From Myxococcota bacterium (lineage in GTDB: Bacteria > Myxococcota > JACRCW01), in the NCBI GenBank assembly GCA_040752415.1, contig JBFMGU010000251.1:1-15599 (forward strand): DNA of 15,599 nt, written 5' to 3'. The notes below the pieces were generated by a model. It saw only the letters and a list, made by a program, of their open reading frames with translations, was not told the DNA's origin and searched no databases. The translations under genes were made by a program, and so were the position numbers. Shown piece by piece: positions 1 through 6,173 of the stretch (within the stretch, counting starts at the first letter, position 1; each line of letters begins with the position of its first letter).

Positions 1-203
1 GCCACCGCGACCGCGAGGACCAGCGCCACCGCGAGGCACGCGGCGGGGCCCGGCGCGCGCATCCCCGGCGGGCCCCCGACCACGGTCCGCGCCAGGCTCT
101 CGTCGTCCGTGCCTGGCCACTTGCCCCCGGCCGCCCAGTAGACGTGGAGCGCCGCGACCAGCGCGAGAGCCACGGCGGTCGCCAGCGCGAGCACGGCGCT
201 CAC
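1..203 (-). CDS. DUF3995-like membrane protein (partial, runs off the left edge)
   Basis: Not in the ORF track. Manual translation from GTG at 203 gives MSAVLALATAVALALVAALHVYWAAGGKWPGTDDESLARTVVGGPPGMRAPGPAACLAVALVLAVAV. The LHxYWAxGG motif after a hydrophobic helix is typical of DUF3995. The start overlaps the upstream stop (GTGA, 200-203), implying translational coupling. Confidence 0.8.
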   Translation of the reverse strand, partial: MSAVLALATAVALALVAALHVYWAAGGKWPGTDDESLARTVVGGPPGMRAPGPAACLAVALVLAVAV

Positions 204-769
204 GACGAGCCCCCTTCCGCTTCGGGCCGCCACTCCCCACCTTCGTGCCGGAGCTTCGCCGACGCGAGCCCGAAGGGCTCCGGCGTGATGCGCCGCGACG
301 CGTCCCACACCTCGAGGCGGCGCGGCTCGAAGCGGAGCAGCACAAAGTCGTCCCCCTCCGGCCCTTCGGGGAAGAAGGCCCACCACGAGCGCATGAAGTG
401 GGCGCGCCGCGCGCCGACGTCCTCCACCACCTCGACGTCGCCCGAGAGCGCCACGCACGCGCCGCGGCGGTCGTCCTCGTACACGAGGGTGGCCCGTGGA
501 TCGGCACGGAGCTCCGCGACCTTGCGCGAACGCGGGCTGGTCCCGAGCCACACCCGGAGCTCCTCGTCCGGGGGGAAGGGCTGGAGCACGCGGGCGTGTG
601 CCCCCTCCGGGCTTGTGGTGACGAGCAGGCAGTAGGGCTTCCGTTGCATGGTGGAGCGTGCCGCGGCGAGCACGGCGCGCGGGTGGGTGGAGAGATCACG
701 GGCCTGGCCGAAGCGCCGCCAGAGGAGCGCCAGCCGGCGCAGGAGGCGGTCGGGAAGTGAGGCGTCCAT
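200..769 (-). CDS. Pyridoxamine 5'-phosphate oxidase-like FMN-binding split-barrel protein (general stress protein 26-like)
   Basis: Motifs CLLVTT..GAHARVLQP, VWLGTSPRSRKVAELRADPRATLVY, WWAFFPEGP and DFVLLRFEPRRLEVW match the PNPOx/GSP26 FMN-binding family. Confidence 0.85.
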   Translation of the reverse strand: MDASLPDRLLRRLALLWRRFGQARDLSTHPRAVLAAARSTMQRKPYCLLVTTSPEGAHARVLQPFPPDEELRVWLGTSPRSRKVAELRADPRATLVYEDDRRGACVALSGDVEVVEDVGARRAHFMRSWWAFFPEGPEGDDFVLLRFEPRRLEVWDASRRITPEPFGLASAKLRHEGGEWRPEAEGGSS

Positions 770-803
770 GACCGAACCATACCGTACAGTATGGTTTGGT
801 CAA
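769..803 (-). promoter_or_regulatory. Sigma70-type promoter (TTGACC-N16-TATGGT-N6-ATG, apparently leaderless) overlapped by a 34-bp palindromic repressor operator
   Basis: The minus strand reads TTGACC AAACCATACTGTACGG TATGGT TCGGTC ATG. Plus-strand arms TGACCGAACCATAC (769-782) and GTATGGTTTGGTCA (789-802) are a 14-bp inverted repeat with one mismatch around a central GTAC. It is an AT-rich island in GC-rich DNA, and no Shine-Dalgarno precedes the ATG. Confidence 0.75.
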
Positions 804-921
804 CGGCTCGTCATCTCCCTCGCTCCGGCCCGCCAGCATCCGCGTCGACGCCACCGCGCGCAAGCGTGGACGGTCGACCGCGATGACGCACAGGTTGCGG
901 CGCGGGCGAGAGGCGCCTGCT

Positions 922-1851
922 TCAGGCCTCGTTCTTCTTGCTCAGCACCTTCTTGAGCAGGGCGCCAATGGCCAGCACGGCAACGAAGAGCAGCTTCTTG
1001 GCCTTGATGGCAACCGCGGCCAGGCCGGCGAGCAATCCCACCTTGGAGGCCACCTTGCCCGCCACCAGCGCGCCAATGCCGTAGGCCGCCACCTCGTCGA
1101 CGGAAGCGTCGAACTCCGCGTAGGTGTGTCCCTTGTTGAACTCCACCGCCTTCACCACGTCGGGCATCCGGGCCTTCACGGTTGCCAGCGCATCCATGCC
1201 TGCCACCGCCTGCATCACCAGCACGCCGCGTCGTCCCAGCGCGCGGATGTCGTAGTTCAGCGTGTGGGCGCTATCGCCGCCGAACACCAGCTCCTTGGCC
1301 CAGTGCAGCTTGCGCGTCTGCGCGTCGTAATGCGGCGGCTCCGCCCAACCCACCAGCTCCACGGTGGGATAGCCCTCGGACTTCCGCGCCTCGCTGGACT
1401 TGGCGGTGTCGGCCTTCATCTCCTTGAGGAGCTCGTCGTAGTTGATGCTGGCCGCGTCGTCGTCCTTGACGTGCCCGTCCTCCTCGTAGGTCACCACCAC
1501 GCCCCAGTTGTCGTCGTCCACCGGGCCCACGTCCGCGGGGAAGATCATGCCCAACGTCAGCTCACCGGGCGGGTTGCCCCACAGGTCCTCCAACACGTAG
1601 CGCGCGCTCTCCGGGTCCAGGTAGCGAAGGTCCTTGCCCAGTTGGAGCGTGGCCAGGCCGTTCTTGATGGTCACGTCGCCCTGCTGCCACTTCAGGCGCG
1701 CTTCCACGGATTTCTTCAATGCGGCCAGCTTCTCGTCGTCGGAGGGCTCGGCGGGAGGCTCCTCCGCCAGCGCGGGTGCCGCGGGGAGGAGCAGGAGGAG
1801 CGCAACCAACGCGCCAAGTGCTTCACGACGGGGGCTCAAGGGATTGTGCAC
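922..1851 (-). CDS. DUF2167 domain membrane-anchored protein
   Basis: Signal peptide (ALGALVALLLLLPAAPALA). Motifs WGNPP, YEEDGHVKDDDA..INYDELL, LVGWAEPPHYD...KLHWAKEL, TLNYDIRALGRRGVL and a C-terminal VAAYGIGALVAG hydrophobic tail. Start placed at GTG 1851 behind a GGAGA RBS; the ORF track extends to 1902. Confidence 0.9.
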   Translation of the reverse strand: MHNPLSPRREALGALVALLLLLPAAPALAEEPPAEPSDDEKLAALKKSVEARLKWQQGDVTIKNGLATLQLGKDLRYLDPESARYVLEDLWGNPPGELTLGMIFPADVGPVDDDNWGVVVTYEEDGHVKDDDAASINYDELLKEMKADTAKSSEARKSEGYPTVELVGWAEPPHYDAQTRKLHWAKELVFGGDSAHTLNYDIRALGRRGVLVMQAVAGMDALATVKARMPDVVKAVEFNKGHTYAEFDASVDEVAAYGIGALVAGKVASKVGLLAGLAAVAIKAKKLLFVAVLAIGALLKKVLSKKNEA

Positions 1852-1968
1852 GGTGTCTCCGGTGGTCTTGTCCAGCCTACGTGGGAGGGGCATACGCGCC
1901 ATGGCCGTGCGGCACCCGCCGCGACCAATCCTCCCCTCCGCAGTTGATAGGCTCCGTTAGACTTTGCT

Positions 1969-3909
1969 TCAAGTGTCGCGCTTGCGCGGTCGCGGCAGGC
2001 CGTACTCCTCGAGCCGGTTGACCAGCGCACGCCGCGACATGCCCAGCACTTCCGCCGCGCGCGACTGGTTGCCCCCGCACGCGTTCAGCGCTTCCAGGAT
2101 GCGCTCCCGCTCCACGGCCTTCAGCGCGTCCTTCAATTGGCGCGGAGAGGCCGGAGCCTGCGGGCCCGTCGACGACGGAGGCACGGGCGCCGGGGTGGGC
2201 AGGCGGAAGGCGGGCACGGTGGGGTTGGGGATCCCGGTGCGCATGGCGCTGGGCGCGGTGGGCAGCGTGGGTGAGGTGATGATCGGCTCGAACACCGACG
2301 GACGCGGCACCCGGGGAGGCGGCGCGGGGCTCGGCGTTGGCACGGGTGTCGACGAGGAAGGGGACACCGCGGACTGCAACATCATCCCCATCTTCTCCAC
2401 CGGCAGGTGGTCGAGCGAGATGACCTCGCCAGTGCACAACGTCACCGCGCGCTCCACCACGTTGCGCAGCTCCCGCACGTTTCCGGGCCAGGCGTAGGAG
2501 CGCATGAGCTGCAGCGCCAGGGGGTCCACGGTGGGAAGGCGGGTCTTGCCCTCCGCCCGCGCGAACTGCTCGACGAACGTCCGCACCAGGCCTTCCAACT
2601 CGTCGGTGCGCTCCCGCAGCGGCGGAATGCTGAGGGTGATGCCGTTCAGGCGGTAGATGAGATCCTGGCGGAACCTGCCGTGCGCCACCATCTCCTCGAG
2701 ATTGCGGTGCGTGGCGGTGAGCACGCGCACGTCAATGGGCCGCGGCTTGACGGCGCCCACGCGCACCACCGCGCGCTCCTCCAGCACCCGCAGCAGCTTC
2801 ACCTGCAGGGCCGCGGGCATCTCGCCCACCTCGTCCAGGAAGATGGTGCCGCCGTCCGCGGTCTCCAGCAGACCGGGCTTGGCCTTCACCGCGCCGGTGA
2901 ACGCGCCCCGCTCGTGACCAAACAGCTCGCTCTCCAGCAACGCCTCGGCCAGCGCGCCGCAGTTGATGGCCACAAAAGGCTTGTCGCTCCGACGGGAGAA
3001 GCGGTGGATCATGCGCGCCGCCACCTCCTTGCCCACGCCGGTCTCGCCCTGGAGGATCACGCTGATGGTGCTCTGCGCCACCCGCTCAATCAGCGCGCGC
3101 AGCCGCTCCATGGGACTGCCGTCCGCCGCCACCGCCTGCTCCGCCGTCACCAGCGGCGTGGTCCCGCGCAGCGCCGCGCCCGCGCGGTCCATGAGCTCCG
3201 CCGCGCTCCTTCCGTCGTCGGGATGGACCGCCACGCCGGTGGCCACCGCGCCGCCCTTGAGCCGCAACTGCACCTGCTCGCACAACTGCCGCGCCGCGGC
3301 CGCGCCTGCGTCCTCGAGGAGCAGCTCGTAGTCACGCGGGCTGAAGTTGGCCACCAGGCTCGTGGCCTTGAACACCACGTCCAGGGCGGACTCCACCTGC
3401 TCGTCGGTGACCTCGGGCGGGAACCGCATGCGCACCACGGCAAAGCTGCGTCCGGTGCGTTGTGCACGCAGGCATTCCTCCTCGAGCCGCGCGTCGAAAT
3501 AACCGTGGGGCCACAACCGCCGCGGCGCGCGCGGGACCTCGGCACGTTGCACAATCACCATCACCGAGCCCAGCTCGATCACGTCGCCGGGGTTCACCTC
3601 CACGGGCTCATTGGCCGTGAGCCGCGCGCCCCGCACCCGCGTCCCATTGAGGCTGCCCAGGTCCTGCACCTGCACCCGCGGGCCCACGGTGATCATCGCG
3701 TGGCGACGGGAGAGCGAGGGCTCATCCACCTGGATGTCCGTCTCCGCGGACCGGCCAATGAGCGCGTTCCCCTCCGGGAGCACGTGGCTGAGCGGCGTAC
3801 CCTCGCCCACCACCACGAGGCGGTAGCGCGCGGTCCCCGGCGGCAGCTCCACCGCGGGCACCGGGCGTGTGGCCTCCGTGGCTTCGTCGGCGTCGTCGAA
3901 CATGGCCAT
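1969..3909 (-). CDS. Sigma54-dependent enhancer-binding protein: FHA + degenerate GGDEF-like + AAA+ + Pro-rich linker + Fis-type HTH
   Basis: FHA motifs (IGRS...SLSRRHA...DLGSLNGT); Walker [24 protein letters not shown]; Walker [55 protein letters not shown]. Start probably ATG 3909 or 3903, with a TATCCT -10-like hexamer at 3925-3920. The ORF-track extension to 4323 overlaps other features. Confidence 0.93.
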   Translation of the reverse strand: MAMFDDADEATEATRPVPAVELPPGTARYRLVVVGEGTPLSHVLPEGNALIGRSAETDIQVDEPSLSRRHAMITVGPRVQVQDLGSLNGTRVRGARLTANEPVEVNPGDVIELGSVMVIVQRAEVPRAPRRLWPHGYFDARLEEECLRAQRTGRSFAVVRMRFPPEVTDEQVESALDVVFKATSLVANFSPRDYELLLEDAGAAAARQLCEQVQLRLKGGAVATGVAVHPDDGRSAAELMDRAGAALRGTTPLVTAEQAVAADGSPMERLRALIERVAQSTISVILQGETGVGKEVAARMIHRFSRRSDKPFVAINCGALAEALLESELFGHERGAFTGAVKAKPGLLETADGGTIFLDEVGEMPAALQVKLLRVLEERAVVRVGAVKPRPIDVRVLTATHRNLEEMVAHGRFRQDLIYRLNGITLSIPPLRERTDELEGLVRTFVEQFARAEGKTRLPTVDPLALQLMRSYAWPGNVRELRNVVERAVTLCTGEVISLDHLPVEKMGMMLQSAVSPSSSTPVPTPSPAPPPRVPRPSVFEPIITSPTLPTAPSAMRTGIPNPTVPAFRLPTPAPVPPSSTGPQAPASPRQLKDALKAVERERILEALNACGGNQSRAAEVLGMSRRALVNRLEEYGLPRPRKRDT

Positions 3910-4012
3910 GACGGCCGGCAGGATAGTGGCGCGGGCGGGGGTGGCGGAATCTCCGGGGTTCCCACCGCCCGGAGGAACGAAAGTGCCAGGCCCTTCGCGG
4001 TGTTGTGCGGGC

Positions 4013-4207
4013 ATGCACGCTCGCTCTCCCCTGCCCAGCACGGCGGCCGCGCCCCACGGCGCCACCTCCCTCGTACCGCGCCACGGTGGGCCCGACCTCG
4101 CCATCCTGGTGCTCAGCGCGGTCCTGGGCAGCGGGGTGATGTTCGTGGTGGCGTGCGGCTTCTGCGGGATGTTGACGTGGTTGATGGTGGCGCTGTTGCA
4201 CCGTTGA
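4013..4207 (+). CDS. Small hypothetical membrane protein (64 aa; alternative GTG start at 3983)
   Basis: The C-terminal ~35 codons are strongly hydrophobic ([37 protein letters not shown]) and almost all end in G/C. GGAGG at 3971 lies 7 nt before the in-frame GTG 3983. A hairpin follows the stop. Confidence 0.55.
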   Translation: MHARSPLPSTAAAPHGATSLVPRHGGPDLAILVLSAVLGSGVMFVVACGFCGMLTWLMVALLHR

Positions 4208-4214
4208 GGCCACC

Positions 4215-4246
4215 AAACACGAACGGCGCCCTCTCGGACGCCGTTC
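4215..4246 (-). terminator. GC-rich hairpin, probable intrinsic terminator (possibly bidirectional)
   Basis: The minus strand reads GAACGGCGTCC-GAGA-GGGCGCCGTTC (11 bp, one G-U) followed by GTGTTT. It lies between the convergent small ORF and the structured minus-strand segment. The U-tract is weak. Confidence 0.55.
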
Positions 4247-4620
4247 TCGAAGCAACTCCTCGCCGGTTTTCCGTTCGTTCCGACTCCCGTCGTCAATCTG
4301 CGGCAAGGCTCCTCACGGAACACTCACCGTCGACCCCTCCGGGAACCATGGCAACCACACCCTTTCGGGCCACGTTGCTGGCTTCACGTCTTCCAACCGA
4401 GGAACCACTTCGGATGAACCAGGTGATCACCAACGCCCCAAGACGTCGACAACAACCCGATCCATCACGCAACGCACCTCCCTCGCAGGAAACCCGTTGC
4501 GTCGTCACCGGAGATGTCCCAGGGCGCAAGCGCCACGGGAAACATCAGGTCCGGCAACCGGGAAGACACACCCTCTCGAGCATCTCTCCCGTCGTGGCGA
4601 GCACCCTGTAGGTCCACGTC
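4215..4620 (-). ncRNA. Candidate large structured non-coding RNA, family not recognised
   Basis: No convincing ORF. On the minus strand there are consecutive stems at 4561-4590 (GAGA loop), 4504-4558 (CUUG loop), 4467-4502 (GCGA loop), 4351-4378 (GAAA loop), 4309-4320 (GUGA loop) and 4221-4246 (GAGA loop), plus a long-range helix 4445-4455/4324-4334. Many pairs are G-U and work only on the minus strand. Boundaries are approximate. Confidence 0.55.
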
Positions 4621-4732
4621 ACACGCATTCTTGTAACCGCGCCCCGGAGCGGAGCAAGTTGATCACCCGCGCGCTCCCGACGTGGGCCACGGCGCCACGC
4701 CGCCCCGGACGTGGGTGTTTCCCGCCTGGTCT

Positions 4733-5983
4733 TCAGCCCGGAGGCGCGGGGGGCAGGCGGGGCGCGGGCTGCCGGGTCAACCGCCACAAACCCAGGATGC
4801 GACGCTGCACCTCGTCGGGAAACAAGGTGATGCGCTGCGGGAGCGCATCCAGCGGGTCGGGCACCACCGGTGCTTCCACGTCCTGGAGCGCGTACGCCCG
4901 ACGCAACGCGGCCACGTGACGCACCAGGCACTCGCGCGCGGTGCCGGTGGCGGGACGGACCTTGACGCACGCCTCGTAGTAGCGCGGGTGCAGCAGGCGC
5001 GTGTCCGCCACACCCAGCAGCTCATAGGCCTGGCCCAGCAGGTGGAAGGCCTCCTGCTGCATGCGCGTGTCCTGCGGCGTGGCATTGATGACGTCGTGGA
5101 GGAGCGTGGAGGAGCGCAACAGCTGGACCCAGGCCACGCCGGGGACGGGACCGCGCTGCTCGGCCACACGTGCGCGCTCCAGGAGGCTCTCGGCGCGGTC
5201 CAGCAACGTGCTGGCGTGATCCACGGCGCCCGCCACCGGCGGCTCGTTGCTCCACTGGAACAGGTCGCCGCGCCACGCTGTCGCCAGCTCGTGCATCACC
5301 GAGGGAGCGGAGGGGTTGGCCTGGATGGCGTCGGTGAGCTCCAGGGCCAGCTCCGGGCTGCGCAGGGACCGCACCGCCAGCGCCAGCGCCGTGCCGGAGG
5401 TCTGCTGCCACTCCACCGTCTCCCGCAAACCCAACCCCCGCGCCAGCACCACGCGGTAGCGCGCCAGGGCGTCCTGGAACCGACGCGTGGCGGCCAGCAG
5501 CGTGGCGTGCTCCAGGGGCGTGAGCGTGGGGTCGTTGGTGACGTGGGTGAGCGAGGGAAACATCACGCCCTCGTCGTTGCGGGAGTGACAGGAGATGCAG
5601 CCCTCCGCCACGTTCAGCAATGCGGCGCGCGCGTACGCGGTGTGCCCCTCGCGCAGGGCCGACTGCGCCTCGCGCGCGTCGGAGCGCAACGACTGCAGCA
5701 ACCAGTCCATGGCGGGGTCCGCCTGCGGCTTGTCCTTCCGCTCCAGGTCATGGGCCAGGTTGGCCAGCGTTTCCACGTCGTGGAGGACGCGCTCCCGGTT
5801 CCCCGGTGCGTTGAACCGCGCCGCCGAGGAGAGGTCCAGCAGCACGCGCGACAACGTGGCGGCGAGCTGTTCCATCCGGACGCGCCAGTCCTGCACGTCG
5901 GCGCTCCGGACCACCGTGGGCGCGCCCAGCGCCACCGCCAGCGCCAGCACGCTCCCCAGGATGCCCACCCGGTTGAGACGCAT
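4733..5983 (-). CDS. Exported monoheme c-type cytochrome (cytochrome c'-like helical N-domain) with TPR-like helical C-terminal region
   Basis: AGGAGG RBS before ATG 5983; signal peptide MRLNRVGILGSVLALAVALGAPTVVRS; a single CISCH heme-attachment motif (5585-5599) at the end of a ~100-aa helical region; later TPR-like segments (FQDALARYRVVL, EAFHLLGQAYELLG) and a YYEAC..ARECL Cys pair. Confidence 0.75.
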   Translation of the reverse strand: MRLNRVGILGSVLALAVALGAPTVVRSADVQDWRVRMEQLAATLSRVLLDLSSAARFNAPGNRERVLHDVETLANLAHDLERKDKPQADPAMDWLLQSLRSDAREAQSALREGHTAYARAALLNVAEGCISCHSRNDEGVMFPSLTHVTNDPTLTPLEHATLLAATRRFQDALARYRVVLARGLGLRETVEWQQTSGTALALAVRSLRSPELALELTDAIQANPSAPSVMHELATAWRGDLFQWSNEPPVAGAVDHASTLLDRAESLLERARVAEQRGPVPGVAWVQLLRSSTLLHDVINATPQDTRMQQEAFHLLGQAYELLGVADTRLLHPRYYEACVKVRPATGTARECLVRHVAALRRAYALQDVEAPVVPDPLDALPQRITLFPDEVQRRILGLWRLTRQPAPRLPPAPPG

Positions 5984-6173
5984 GGGACACCTCCTGGCGG
6001 CGTGCACAGCAACGCGCGTGCCCGCACCGACGCGGGAAACACCGCGGAAACTCGGCCTGATTTGCGCAAGCGCTGCGCTCGCCGGAGCATGATTGCGCCA
6101 CCCGCGGACCTCGTCGCTTTGCCCGATGGCAAGTGCGAACGGCGCGCGCACCCTCTTGATCCGGGGAGGCACC

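Noticed and set aside
3974..3989. Sigma54-like TGGCAC-TTTCG-TTCCT on the minus strand upstream of the EBP gene
   Set aside because: The invariant -12 GC is replaced by CC, so it is not supportable as a functional promoter.
3910..4323. N-terminal extension of the sigma54 activator ORF to 4323
   Set aside because: The extension is low-complexity, overlaps a plausible opposite-strand small gene and a terminator-like hairpin, and a -10-like hexamer sits just before ATG 3909.
4426..4467. GGAGG followed by a short minus-strand ORF (MDRVVVDVLGRW)
   Set aside because: It is only 12-13 codons with the RBS sequestered in a predicted stem. It cannot be supported without conservation or Ribo-seq data.
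4545..4566. TCAGGTCCGGCAACCGGGAAG resembling SRP RNA helix 8 (CAGGUCCGGAAGGAAGCAGC)
   Set aside because: The GGAA loop and AGCAGC strand are missing, and the surrounding structure favours the opposite strand.
2407..4611. 734-aa plus-strand ORF, and similar long ORFs at 796-1947(+), 4682-6895(+), 5748-8489(-), 8808-10118(+), 10070-11209(-), 11639-13507(-), 12495-13784(-) and 13967-15442(-)
   Set aside because: These are antisense or off-frame shadows of well-supported genes. They are Arg/His/Gly/Ala/Ser-rich with no motifs, as expected from stop-codon scarcity in high-GC DNA.
4221..4624. Group II intron or RNase P identity for the structured region (GTGTG near its 5' end; ACGGAAAACCGGC near its 3' end)
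   Set aside because: There is no domain V with an AGC/CGC triad and 2-nt bulge, no nearby reverse transcriptase, and no GAGGAAAGUCC RNase P core.
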